Below, in pieces: positions 1 to 12,046 of a stretch of DNA of 64,000 nucleotides. The translations under genes were made by a program, and so were the position numbers. The DNA comes from Mustelus asterias (taxonomy: Eukaryota), in the NCBI RefSeq assembly GCF_964213995.1, contig NW_027590154.1:248001-312000 (forward strand). The letters run 5' to 3'. Positions within the stretch are counted from its first letter, which is position 1, and every line of letters begins with the position of its first letter. The notes beneath the pieces were generated by a model. The model had not been told where the DNA came from and did no database searches. It saw nothing but the letters and a program-made list of their open reading frames with translations.

Positions 1-200
1 ATTACAAGATATTCAGATCCCAAGGAATATGACTCTGTCTAGACGTGACGGTTGAGATTTTTGCCTTTGATTCCTCATTCAATATCCTATGAAATGAGTT
101 AGCAAAAGTCATCACAGTCAGTATAGGATAGAAATTCAGAGCAGACATTTCTAGTTTCTATGGAACATTCTTTCCTATTTCATTCCCAAAAAGTTGTAAC
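1..200 (-). other. Splice acceptor and start of the main exon of a further C2H2-ZNF paralog that runs off the left edge (exon starts at 86)
   Basis: Reverse complement matches 13550-13750, the acceptor region of the 14-kb ZNF gene (ctcatttcatag|gatattgaa vs ctcattttccag|gatattgaa). Confidence 0.75.
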
Positions 201-619
201 TCTCCATCCATATCTATGGTTTCTATTTAAAAATGAAAGTGGTTGGGCATTTGAAGGAAATAAACTTTCAGGAGAATGGGGATATAGAGGGGGATTGGGA
301 CTGGAATGTTATACAGAGAGTCAGCATGGACTCGAGTTACCGAATGGATTCCTTCTGTGCTGTAATGACTTTATGACTGGAAATGTATAACATCGCTACA
401 GCATTATATTACAATGCAAGAACTAATAATAAAAGTATTTTATTACAGAAACATAAATAATATATCTAATCTGGGTACCATATAATAACACCAGACATAT
501 CTCTGTCCTATATTAACGTTCTGTCCCCTTAAATGTCAGCCATCTCCTGAGGAAAGCTGTCCTTTAATGTGAACATGAGGAAAAAGACCATCCTTTTAGA
601 CAGACAAATAAATGTGTCA

Positions 620-1115
620 AGCTGAGGGAGCAAAGGATGTTCACCAGGCTGATTCAGGGAATCGCGGGACTGATGTCGGAGGAGAGATTGACCAGGTTAG
701 GATTGTTTTCGTTGGAGTTCAGATGAATGAGGGGGGAATCTCATAGAGACTTATAAAATTCTAACAGGTCGAGACAGGATAGATGCAGGGAGGATGTTCC
801 CGATGGAGTCCAGAACCGGGGGTCACAGCCTGAGGATTCAGGGCAGACCATTTAGGACGGAGGTGAGGAGACATTTCTTCACCCAAAGAGTGGTGAGTCT
901 GTGGAATTTATTACCACAGGAAGTAGTTGGTGCCAAAACATTGAAGGTATTCAAGAGGCGGCTGGATAAAGCACTTGGAGCGAATGGGATCACAGGTTAT
1001 GGGGAAAAAGCAGGATGAGACGACTGAGTTGGATGATCAGCCATGATCGTAATGAATGGCGGAGCAGGCTCGAAGGGCCAAATGGCCTCCTCCTGCTCCT
1101 ATCTTCTATGTTTCT
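620..1115 (+). mobile_element. CR1-type LINE 3' fragment
   Basis: RT C-terminal peptide TGGHSLRI...FFTQRVVSLWNLLPQ, CR1 3' UTR and ttctatgtttctat tail. Confidence 0.85.
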
Positions 1116-1266
1116 ATATCAATGTCTTTAAGAGAGAGAGAGAGAGACCTGGGCCAATCTTCACAGAGTCTGCACCCTCCCTGGATTCAATTCTTTTCCC
1201 TTCAGTTGCTGCAAGTCCCCAATTTCCCCCAGAATGAGAAAAGAAAGTGTTTTACTCACAGATGTT

Positions 1267-2785
1267 GGCCTCTTTTAGGTCAAAACAAATAAACAAACTC
1301 AAGTTAAATCAGGACAAAGTAAAAGGGGCAGCTCCCCAAAAGGAGGGGGAACAGCCCGAACAAAATCAAAGTACAAAGGAAACTTAAAAACATCAAATTA
1401 AAATGTGATTATTAGGGTCAATAACGCACCCCAACCCCTGCGGTGCCCAACGGGCACGGAAGGCGTCGACCGCGCCCGTGGACACCGCATGCTCCCTCTC
1501 CAGGGACACCCGGCCGCGAACGTAGCCGAGGTAGAGGGGCAGACAGTCAGGATGGATGGCCCCCTCGATCGCCCGCTGCCTGGACCGGTAAATGGCGCGT
1601 TTCGCCAGGCCCAGGAGCAGGTTCACGAGGAGGTCGCCATCCCGACCCCAACAAAAAGAGAGTGCAACCTAAGACACCAAACATAGACATGGTCCACGGA
1701 CTTCACAAGGCCACAGAAGGGGCAAGCTTCATAGCCCGTGAACCAGTGAATCCTACGGTTGTGCGGAACTGCTGCATGCATCACCCTTCACCCCAGGTCC
1801 CCGATGTAATTGGGGCAATCTCTCCATAGAGGGACCTCTACGGAAACAAGGCCCGCCAAGGTGTATCCGGGCGACAGGCGATAGTGGAAGGTGTGCAGCA
1901 GCAGCCCGCACAGGAAACGCCTCCGCGCGGTAGAAAAAGGCACGGAGGACATTTCCGCGAGGCGGCTCAGGCTGTGGGGCACCTGACCCGAGGAGGAGGG
2001 TTGAAGTTTTGGGCCAATGTGGAATTCCGTCCGAACAGGGGAACGCTCGGGCGGGATCCCACCGCACGCCTGCGCCGCCTCAAGTTTGCATGCACTTTTG
2101 GGGCCGAGCACGACCGTCCTAAGGTCTAGGATGGCTTTGGCCGCGTGCCGGACGGACGTCCCCGCGCGCTCAGCCAGCACGTGGGGGCTCATCCAGCCCG
2201 CCCCTCCGCCATCGAGCACGTCCCCGATTCTGGTCACCCCGGCGTCCACAGCCCCCCTCTCCGCCAGCCACCTGAAGTTATACGGCTGGAGGAGCGGATT
2301 CCTGAGCAGCGGCTCTCGCACGAGAGCTGCTACTCCTGACGGGGGGGGAGCTGCGTCGTGAGGCGACCGTGTTCCAGACAGTGAGGAGGTCCTTGTAAAA
2401 GACGGGCAACTCCTGCAGGGCGGTCGAAGCACGCCCCAGTTCGATATGCAGGAGCTGCACGTCATAATTGAGGCCGTGCCACTGGCGGAAGAAATACGTC
2501 GCCATGGCACACCACTGTGGAGGGGGCTCAACGTAAAGGTACCTCTGCAGGGCCTGGAGGCGGGAGGTCGCTATCTGAGTGCGGAGGCACACCAGACCTT
2601 GTCCGCCCCCCTCAAGCGGGAGATGCAGAACCGCAGCAGGGACCCAGTGCAGTCGATTGCCCCAGAAGAACCGCAGGAGGGTTCTCTGGATATCGGCGAC
2701 AAAGCCAGGGGGAGGGGTCAAAGGGACCAGCCGGTACCACAGCATGGAGGCGACCAGCTGGTTTATGACAAGAACCCGTGCCTGT
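1267..2785 (-). mobile_element. Tx1-clade (L1 superfamily) non-LTR retrotransposon, 3' part of ORF2, frameshifted
   Basis: Peptides RVLVINQLVASMLWYRL...FFWGNRLHWV...LPLEGGGQGL and NLLLGLAKRAIYRSR are typical of Tx1 ORF2 downstream of RT; GC-rich. Confidence 0.8.
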
Positions 2786-3482
2786 GAATGGTCACAAACA
2801 CTCACCTCTGAAAGAATTTAACTGATTTTAATATTAAAACCTCCTGCTGGAGCCTGCAGCTGGAAAGATATCAGAAGCATTGGCATCAGAGAAAAATCTC
2901 CCAGTTGGGGAAATCCCCAGGGAGCGGGGGTGATGTCACTGTGCAATTGTAAGTGTGTGATGAGATCACAGACAAGAACACAGAATACCTGGGTCTGTGC
3001 AAACCAGTGAACACCACACATTATGGAGGATGCGAGGCTCCTTGACAGGGTGCAGAGGAGATTTATCAAAATGGTTCCAGGGATGAGGAATTATAGTTAC
3101 AATGTTAGGCTGGATAACTTGGGGTTGTTCTCCTTGGAGCAAAGTAGATTGATAGAGGTGTACAAGGGTACGTGGAGGGTGTTGAAGTTTACATGCTCTG
3201 TTTACGCGTGTACAAGCTCTGACTATGGGTTGTCCAGTCTCGAAACGTTGGTTCTATTCTCACTCCCCAGTGAGTGCAGACCTTTGGGGGTGTGCGGGGA
3301 CGGGGGGAGGGGGGGGGCGCGGGGGTGGTGCCGGAGGTGGAGAGAATGTTTATCCTCCGACCCTGACCTTGACTCGGGAGCCGTAAAGGTTGGTGAGAGT
3401 CGTAGCGGACATGCCGAATTTCCTTAGTCTTCTGAGAAAGTAGAGGCGTTGGTGGGGCTTACTTATCTATGGTGTAATTTTT

Positions 3483-3862
3483 CATTCGCGAGAAGAAGGT
3501 TAAGAGGTGACTTAATAGAGGCGTACAAGATGATCAGAGGATTAGATAGGGTGGACAGTGAGAGCCTTTTTCCTCGGATGGTGATAGCTCGCACGAGGGG
3601 ACATAGCTTTAAATTGAGGGGTGATAGATATAGGACTGATGTCAGAGGTAGGTTCTTCACTCAGAGAGTAGTAAGGGTGTAGAATTCCCTGCCTGCAGCA
3701 GTAGTGGACTCGCCAACATTAAGGGCATTTAAATGGTCATTGGATAAACATATGGATGGTATTGGAATAGTGTAGATTAGATGGGCTTTAGATTGGTTTC
3801 ACAGGTCGGCGCAACATCGAGGGCTGAAGGGCCTGTACTGCGCTGTAACATTCTATGTTCTA
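3483..3862 (+). mobile_element. CR1 LINE 3' fragment
   Basis: [21 protein letters not shown]...TRGHSFKL; tail ttctatgttctatg similar to the 56.4-58.0 kb copy. Confidence 0.85.
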
Positions 3863-4039
3863 TGCTATCAAATCTGCTGAGATTTTCCAGCATTTTCTGT
3901 TTTACTTTCCCTTTCTTTTTCCTTCTCTGTCACCGCTCTGCCTCATCAATAAGACATTGGGACTCAGAGGGTTGATGCAGTTTGATGGACAAGTTGTCTC
4001 CATTCTGAACACTGGGGAACAAGCTCCTCCCACTGATTG

Positions 4040-4460
4040 ACAACATTGCCCTTTACAAACATGGCGGCCGCACGTGCGCACTGCTGCATATTGCCCCCAA
4101 TAAAGATGGCGAACGTTAACGAACATGAGGAGCTGCAGCCCTGCTCGGTACAAACTGGGTCCGGGAGGCTCTCTTCCGCGGTTTGCGGCTTACACAACAT
4201 GCTTACGCAGCGTTTCCACCCACCTGGGCGATCCATTGCTCTCTCCGTACCGCCAATCACCTCGAACAGATTTCCGAGCCCAAAACAAAAGCCGCCTCCA
4301 TTGCCATTACTCAAACTGCGCATGCTCAAGTCAAAGCTGGCCCCGCCCCTCATTCACTTCTATTGGTTGGAGGACCGAGCGGTCCCGATCGGTCCTCCAG
4401 CACTGCCCCCTCTTCCCATTGGTCTGCGCTGCCGTCAATCAGCTGGGCATTGTGACGGTA
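4040..4460. promoter_or_regulatory. CpG-rich ZNF promoter cassette, inverted relative to the 10.1 and 46.2 kb copies
   Basis: Homologous to 10120-10600 and 46250-46750; YY1-like AAGATGGCG and ACATGGCG, NRF1-like TGCGCATG, GC box, two ATTGG boxes, GGAGGACC..GGTCCTCC dyad. Confidence 0.7.
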
Positions 4461-7400
4461 ACTTGCTGTTTGTCCAATAATCACAGTGACAGAGTCTCAG
4501 TGTAACAATGACACACACAGGCTCCAATACAATCAGAGTGGGGATGGAGCACAGAGACAACACAGCAAAGCACTGACTTACTCTGAGTGTAACAAATACA
4601 ATGTTTGTTCAAATAATAAGAGTCACGTTGCAGTATGTTAGTGAACACAGCATTAGATCCAATGTAATGGTAATACAGTCAGTATCTCGTGCACCAGAAC
4701 CAAAGTTTAGGTTTCATTTGATAGTGTGAGTGAGTCATGGTCCATTGATATAATGTATTTAGATTCCGGTGTGTGTTACTCTGCCACTGTCAGTATCAGA
4801 CAATAACCTGTCTGTTATTCCAATTCTGCTGTATTTTACAACTGCAGCTCCTGGGGCTGATTGGAGTCTGGTATAATGATCACTGAGGTCGGTTTCAGTG
4901 TCTCTGAGGTCATTTTAACTGCAGATAATCTGACATTAAGGGAGACAAGAGGCCCAACAAACATTTGATTATAATAGGAGGACAAAGTGTAAGGGAACAA
5001 TGATATTTTAAGGTGTCTGTGTTATGGTGAGTGTCACTGGGAGGTGAGTGATAAAATACAAGTGGAAACATCATGACAGAGGCACATGTGACTGACTCGG
5101 CCTGACTGAGAGCTGTTATACTCAAGGGGAGAATAATGAGGACATGGGGAACTCCAGGGATTTCTGATATCTGAGGTGTATCTGTTCGAGGAACTGAAAA
5201 TAATCAGTTCCTTCTCATGGTTATCTGCAGTTCTCAAGTTACACACAGGAAACAGATCTGAAGGCTCATCAAACCCAATGTTTAATCTTCTGTTTGAGAC
5301 ACATTGTGACTGAAAAGATCAAATATTAAAACCTCATGAGAGAAACATTCAGAATGTCACAAAGATGAGTGAACTGTCCAATTAATCCCATTGACCATAA
5401 CTCTGCCAATTTACCTTCTGCAAGTATTTATCCAATTCCCTTTGAAAGTTACTATTAAACCTGCTTCTAGCACCTGTCAGTTTGTGCATTCCAGATCATA
5501 TCCAGTTATTGTGTAAAAAATTCTCCTTATCACCCCCTCCAGTTCTGTTGTCAATTATATTAAATCTCTGTATCCTCTGCTTACAGACCCTCCTGCACCT
5601 GGGAAATAGATTCTCTCCATCGACAGACTTCCTGCTCCTGGGAGATAGTCAATGGAGAGAAACTATCATAAAGCATTTGTCATTTGAAACATCTCTATTA
5701 AATCGCCCCATCACATTCCCTATCTAAGATGGATAACCCATGTTTTTCCTGCCCTGAAGAATTATATGGACTCAAAATGTTAACTGTTTCTCTCTGAACA
5801 GATGCCGCCGGATCTGCTGGGTTTTTCTGCTTCTCTCCCTGTTTTTCCTTCTATAATCAATCAGAAACTCTTCATAATTTTGAACATGTCGATTAAATAG
5901 GAGCACACAGAGCCTGAGAAAGTTACAGAGGTAGAGAGAGACGGAAAGACTGAGAGAAACATTGAGGAAGATTTTAAAAAGCAGAAAGATGAGGAAGGTC
6001 AAAGATAAAAGCTGAGAAATAGAGGAAACAAGCAATACAGAGAGAAAGATATAAAATATAAGGGAGCAGGCTGTCAGTTCCCAGCTACAGGGAACAGAGG
6101 GAACTCAGTAACTGATCCACAGACACAACTGGTTATATCTGTGAATGGAAACTCTGAACAGAAATAACAGGCTCATTTGTAAATGTCACCACAATGTGAT
6201 CTGTGTGACTCTGCCCTGACTCTGTGGACAGATAAAGGTCACATTGACAGATGTTCTCACCAGATTGTGGTCCCTGGATTTATTTTCTGCTCAGAAGTGA
6301 GATGTGCGTTTTTAAACCGGCAGCAGAGAAACAGGAAGTTGTGTTACCTGAGAATGAAACAGCCGGCGTCAGTTTGATGTTATCACCATGAACAGTCTTC
6401 CTGTCTGTGAGGGTGAACTCACTCTGACAGCATCAAGAACAACCACACAGATTGCTGCCAGTCTCAGCATTACATTCAGCTCCATTCCCATTTTAAACAA
6501 TAAAGAAAGGAGATTATTTGGACTTTTAACACATTCACTGAATTGGGAGATGGACTGAGGGTCATCACTGGGAGAAATGAGGAGGAATTAGAGAACAAAT
6601 GAGTTTTCCCAAAGAGGGTTATTAGAAAAGAGGAGATTTAAAGTGAGTCAGGGCCTGTCAGAGGAAGTGGGAGAGAGAAACAGAGAGGATTGAATCTCCA
6701 TCAATTAAATGTTTTCTCAGACAGCGAAGAGAGATGAAGTTTGTTTGTGCTTTTTCAGAGAGAGGTAATGAGAGAGAGAAAACAATGAATAAGTTTAAGC
6801 ATTATCTGAAATAGGAAGGTTAAATGAGTGAGTGTTTGAAAGAAAGACAGAGAGACACTAAGTGACGAAGACAGTTTCTGAGAGAGGTTAAGTGAATGTG
6901 AGAGAGGAGCGAGGTTAGAGTGTAAGAGAGGTGGAAGGTGAGGTAAGTGTGAGTGAATGCCTGGAGAGAGAGAGAGACGTTCAGTGAGTGTTAGAGAGAT
7001 GAGAGATGTTGAGTGATTGAGTTTCTGAGAGAGAGGAGATGCTAAGTGAGTGAATGTCTGAAAGAGAGGAGAGCAGGTTCACACCCAGGGGTCACTGAGA
7101 ATGATCAAAATAAGGAGATCACCCAGAAAACTACCAACAGGAAACTTCATTTGAACACATCACTCATTCTTAAATGATCAGTCAGGGCTCTGATGCTGCT
7201 CAGCTTCTCTCTGTTCTGTTCATAATGGTTAAAGGCTGATAGGAGTGAGGTTTATTTAAAAGGATAGTGGATGGGAAGCACACATCAACAAAACTGAGAA
7301 TTCTTGGACATACACTGCAGCTCCTTCTCTATCTGGGAATCAAATTGTTGTCTAATTGTCCCAGCAGTTAACAGGCTCCTTTGAACGTCTCCAGCTGCTA

Positions 7401-7988
7401 CTTTAATGCAGACTTCAACCAATTTATTTTAAGCCAGTTTCTGGTCAATAAACCAGGACTGACACACACACACATTAAAACGTTTTAGACTTTTTTTCAT
7501 TTTTAGCTTGGAAACCTAAACCTGCCGTTTCACTCTCAGTCAGGAATAGATCCCAGTTTTACACCAATCTTTGACAGCACGTTTCCCGCATTCACCGTTG
7601 TTCTTCCTGACTCTAAACACAGTTGTAAAGGAGCTTCTGTTCCGTGTCCAGGAGCTCTGAACCATGGAAAAGAACGACTGGGACACATTTCTTACACACC
7701 TCAGGATTCACCCACACGGGGACTTTGCTGTCAGTGAAAAGTGACGAAAAAGACCAAAGTGCTGTTTGTCCCTCTCAGCGTGACCCTGAAGGACTGGGTC
7801 AAGAATGAAGTTCTGTTCCTACTGTGTGATCCTCCCTCAGATTGCCCTTTCTGAGCTCCAGCCTGGTGACGTTAAACACTCAAATGGAAAAGACAAAAAT
7901 CTACAACAATGATTCAATCAAATGTCTATTTCACATTTATTCAGAATATCAAATCTCAACAGAAGAAAAAAGTCAGAATGAAGATGAT

Positions 7989-9137
7989 TCAGTCCTGGAT
8001 ATGATTAACAGCATCAATAAGTGTAGAATCCAAACCTTGCAGTCCCTTGTGAACTCGCCGGTGTGTTAGCAGGTGGGATGACTGAATAAATCCCTTTCCA
8101 CAGACATTACAGGTGAACGGCCTCTCCCCACTGTGAACTCGCTGGTGGTTCAGAAGATAAGATAAATGAGAAAATCCCTTCCCACAGACAGAGCAGGTAA
8201 ATGGCCTCTCCCCACTGTGAACTCTCTGATGTGTCAGCAGGTTGGATGACTGACTGAATCCCTTCCCACACATGGAGCAGGTGAACGGCCTCTCCCCAGT
8301 GTGAACTCGCTGGTGATTCAATAGGTTGGATGAACGAGTGAATCCCTTCCCACACACGGAGCAAGTGAATGGCCTCTCCTCACTGTGAACCTGCTGGTGT
8401 GTCAGAAGGTTGTATGAACGGGTGAATCCCTTCCCACATTCAGAGCAGGTGAACGGTCGATCCCCTGTGTGGAGCTGCTGGTGTATCAGAAGGTTGGATG
8501 AATTAATGAATCCCTTCCCACAGTCTGAGCAGGTGAAGGGCCTCTCCCCAGTGTGAATTCTCTGGTGGTTCAATAGGGCAGGTGGACGGCTGAATCCCTT
8601 CCCACACACACAGCAGGTGAATGGCCTCTCCCCAGTGTGAGTATATTGGTGCGTCAGCAGATCCTTTTTGTTTTTAAAGCTCTTCGCACAGTGGGAACAA
8701 TTAAAAAGTTTGTTATCAGAGTGAACAAGTTGATGTGTCTGCAGGTGGGATGACTGAATGAATCCTTTCCCACACACAGAGCAGGTGAATGGTCTCTCCC
8801 CAGTGTGAATACGTTGGTGCGTCAGCAGATCTTTTTTGCATTTAAAACTCTTCTCACAGTCAGACCATGTAAACATTCTCTCATCTGTGTGAACAAGTTG
8901 GTGTGTCACAATGTGGGATGAGCGAGTGAATCCCTTCCCACACACAGGGCAGGTGAACGGCCTCTCCCCAGTGTGAACCCGTCGGTGAGTCAGAAGGTTG
9001 TATGAATGGGTGAATCCCTTCCCACAAACAGAGCAGGTGAACGGTCTCTCCCCAGTGTGACTGCGCCGATGAACTTCCAGTTGTGATGGGAAACCGAATC
9101 CTTTCCCGCACTCCACACATTTCCACGGTTTCTCCAT
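7989..9137 (-). CDS. C2H2 zinc-finger protein, 13 fingers (finger 4 has C>W), no effector domain; main exon acceptor at 9489, AATAAA at 7936-7941
   Basis: 382-aa ORF of tandem CxxC-x12-HxxxH units with TGERPF linkers; caccATGG start. Confidence 0.92.
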   Translation of the reverse strand: MEKPWKCVECGKGFGFPSQLEVHRRSHTGERPFTCSVCGKGFTHSYNLLTHRRVHTGERPFTCPVCGKGFTRSSHIVTHQLVHTDERMFTWSDCEKSFKCKKDLLTHQRIHTGERPFTCSVCGKGFIQSSHLQTHQLVHSDNKLFNCSHCAKSFKNKKDLLTHQYTHTGERPFTCCVCGKGFSRPPALLNHQRIHTGERPFTCSDCGKGFINSSNLLIHQQLHTGDRPFTCSECGKGFTRSYNLLTHQQVHSEERPFTCSVCGKGFTRSSNLLNHQRVHTGERPFTCSMCGKGFSQSSNLLTHQRVHSGERPFTCSVCGKGFSHLSYLLNHQRVHSGERPFTCNVCGKGFIQSSHLLTHRRVHKGLQGLDSTLIDAVNHIQD

Positions 9138-10119
9138 GGTGCCCTTGTGTTTCTCCAGGTTGGATGATCAGTTCAAGCCACATCCACACACACAACATAC
9201 ACGTAGTTTCACCCTGCTGTGAACTGTGATGTTTTTTCAGGCTGTGTAACTGGTTAAAGCTCTTTCCACATTCAGTTCACTGGAACACTCTCACTCGGGT
9301 GTGTGTTTGTCTCGATACTTTTCCGGTCATACTGATGTTTAATTTCTTTGCCCACAGGCAGAACAGACAAATATTTCTCCTTCCACATTCAAAGACCGAT
9401 GATATTCAGCTCCGAAGGAACTGAATGACTTTGTCAGATGTGATGTCCGGTTTGAGTTTTCTGTCTGCCAATCTTTCACTTCCAATATCCTGTAAAAACA
9501 GTTTAGAAAAGTCATCACTGTCAGAACACGATACAAACTCTGAACAGACAATTCTAGTTTCTCTGGAACATTTTTTCCTTTCTTGTTCCCCCAAATCAGT
9601 AAATCCCCGTCCCACACACTCTCCCTCCTCCCTGGGCTGAAATCCAAACCCATCTCACCATTTCTTTCCTCCACTCCCAGTTTTCTCCCTCCCTCTCCTC
9701 TGTCTGGGTTCAGTTCTCCAGCTCCTGTCTGCAGACTGACAATAAAACCAATGGGTCTTACTGGGGGTGTTGGGGCCTCCAGCGGGTGTTTGTGAATCCT
9801 CCCCGCCCACCTCCCAGGGTTTCCTTCCTTCCCAGAGATCAGAGTCCTCATTGATTTGAGGCCAAAGTGTAACCTCTTATTTATTGTCCCCCTCCCCCAT
9901 CCTCTGATGTGAACCATCCTCCAGTGGCTGAGCCAGGATGGGGCCGTTAACCTGGGCCTGTTCCCGGGAGGGAGGGAGGGAGAAGCCCCGCAGCTGCAAA
10001 CCAGGGAGCTGACAATGATTCTGAAGGGTTTGCGGATCCACAAAGTGTTTCCAAATCCTCCCAGCCACCGCCTAACGCTGACTCCGCTTCTCCGGGACAA
10101 ACAAGCGCCAAGGCCAGCA

Positions 10120-10600
10120 ATGACACTGCGCATGCTCCACATCACAATGCCCGGGGATTGATTGACGGCAGCTCCGGACCAATAGGAAGAGGGGGCGAGA
10201 CTGGAGGACCGAGCGGGAGCGGCTGGTCCTCCAACCAATCGGAGTGAATGAGAGGCGGGACCTGAAGCATGCGCAGTGCGGGTGAACCAGATAAACCTGT
10301 TGGACTTTAACCTGGTGTTGTTTGACTTGTTGCTGTGTTTACCCCAGTCCAACGCCGGCATCTCCACATCAGTGCGGGTAATGGCGACAGACGGCCGGTT
10401 TTAGTTTGGAAGGGAGATCAATACGAGGTAGTGGGCGGCGTGCGGGGAATGATAAATGTGGCGGGTGGGTGGAGAGACTTTGTAAACATGTTGTTCAAAC
10501 CCAAACCCGGAAATGAACTTCCCGGTCCCCCCCTTTGTAGCAAATGGAGCGACAGCTTGTAGTGTTAGACCCGGGCTGACTGCCGCCATTGAGGCTGCAT
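10120..10600. promoter_or_regulatory. CpG-rich ZNF promoter cassette
   Basis: TGCGCATG and GCATGCGCA (NRF1-like), CCAAT at 10179 and 10235, GC boxes, ETS-like CCGGAAAT, dyad 10202-10233; homologous to 46250-46630. Confidence 0.75.
10284..10369 (+). mobile_element. 86-bp Penelope-like 3' terminal fragment with 10-bp TSD
   Basis: Matches the Penelope terminal unit; direct repeat cagtgcgggt at 10274-10283 and 10370-10379; empty site in the paralog near 46401-46425. Confidence 0.85.
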
Positions 10601-10640
10601 GTGGGAGGCCGGCAGGGATTGTGATCGGAGAGTGAAGCCC

Positions 10641-10748
10641 TGACATCACAATGGAATGGGTGAGGGTGTGACGTCACAATGGAATGGGTGAGAGTGTGAC
10701 GTCACAATGGAATGGGTGAGAGTGTGACGTCACAATGGAATGGGTGAC
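10641..10748 (+). repeat. 28-bp minisatellite, ~3.8 copies, carrying CRE palindromes
   Basis: Unit tgacgtcacaatggaatgggtgagagtg; TGACGTCA at 10669, 10697, 10725. Confidence 0.95.
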
Positions 10749-10800
10749 GGTTCCAGATGAGCTGAGACTGGGCTGGAGTCGGGCGATGGCACTGACATGT

Positions 10801-10960
10801 GGCCCGGTGGCACAGTGGTTAGTGCAGCTGCCGAACAGCGCCAGGGACCCGGGTTCAATTCCAGCCTCGGGTCACTGTCTGTGCAGAGTTTCTACATTCT
10901 CCCCGTGTCTGTGTGGGTTTCCTCCGGATGTTCCGGTTTTCCTTCCACAGTCCAAAGATC
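10801..10960 (+). mobile_element. tRNA-derived V-SINE (HE1-like), 3'-truncated at a Penelope insertion
   Basis: A box tggcacagtggtt, B box gggttcaattcc, core gtgggtttcctcc...cagtccaaagat. Confidence 0.85.
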
Positions 10961-11341
10961 TGCCGGCGTTGGACTGGGGTAAGCACAGTAAGTAATCTCA
11001 CAACACCAGGTTAAAATCCAACAGGTTTATTTGGTAGCACAAGCCACAAGCTTTCAGAGCGCTGCCCCTTCATCAGGTGAGTGGGAGTTCTGTTCACAAA
11101 CAGGGCATATAAAGACACAAACTCAATTTAAGATTATGGTTGGAATACGAGTCTTTAAACGTAATCAAGTCTTAAAGGTACAGACAATGTGAGTGGAGAG
11201 AGGGTTAAGCACAGGTTAAAGAGACGTGTATTGTCTCCAGCCAGGACAGTTAGTGAGATTTTGCAAGCCCAGGCAAGTCGTGGGGGTTACAGATAGTGTG
11301 ACATGGACCCAAGATCCCGGTTGAGGCCGTCCTCATGTGTG
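10961..11341 (-). mobile_element. Penelope-like element 3' end (ORF tail THEDGLNRDLGSMSHYL* plus terminal repeat)
   Basis: Highly similar to 28277-28670. Confidence 0.85.
11044..11080 (-). ncRNA. Minimal type I hammerhead ribozyme motif
   Basis: Minus strand UCAC-CUGAUGA-A-GGGGC agc GCUCU-GAAA-GCU-U-GUGG: complete core, stems I and II, palindromic AGCU stem III. Confidence 0.75.
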
Positions 11342-11569
11342 ATTGACAGATCCATGCTCACTGCTTCTTGCTCTGGATGCAGAGAGCTGAAAATTTCCAT
11401 GCAGGCTGCCAGACAGATAAATGTCTGCATTACTGGAGTAAAAATGTGTGGAATATACAGACCGAATTCACTTCATTTCCTTCAGTTGCTGCAAGTCCCC
11501 AACTTCCCCCAGAATGAGAAAAGAAATGGAAAGGGGGAAACATTGATTTCCTCCCAGATGTTGTCCAGA

Positions 11570-12046
11570 GGAGGGAGTTTCACTCTGAAGCTCATTGGAC
11601 AACTTCCGCATTGTGACGTCACAATAGAGTCCTGCCTGAATCAGCCAATAGGAATCACTCTGCTTCGCGGTGACGTCTCCGGGTTCCAGTGCTCAGGCCC
11701 GGGCGCGCGGACCCAGGAGCCCCGCCCCCACCCATTGTTCCCCTCCCCTACACCTCCTTGAACCAAGGTTTCCAGGCAACCGGCTGACGGCTCCGGCAAG
11801 AGCAAGAAGCCGCTCGGTGATCTCCCCCTCCCCCCGGCCCGGGACTGCAAAATGTGCGAGGGAGAGGGGAAGCTGCGCATGTGCGGGGGAGAACCCACCC
11901 TCTGATCTTCATGCTGAGGTGTTGACCAATGGGAAGAGTTGGAGGACCGGAAGAACTCTGGTCTTCCAGCCAATCAGAGCGCGGGCTTTGTGTGAATGAA
12001 GATTGATTTTCAGACAGACTCAAACTTCCTCCTGTCTCAAACATCT
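11570..12046 (+). promoter_or_regulatory. CpG-rich promoter and non-coding first exon of the 14-kb ZNF gene (donor GT at 12047)
   Basis: Palindrome attgtgacgtcacaat 11610-11625, CCAAT boxes, GC box, TGCGCATGTGC, dyad 11940-11968, acatct|gtgagt donor. Confidence 0.65.

Noticed and set aside
9339-10367. 342-aa ORF that might be an N-terminal domain for the 8-kb ZNF
   Set aside because: Starts inside a Penelope insert, crosses promoter and intron, resembles no domain, and ends before the finger ORF
10641-10748. CRISPR-like regular repeats
   Set aside because: Eukaryotic context, units are contiguous with no unique spacers, no cas genes; it is a minisatellite
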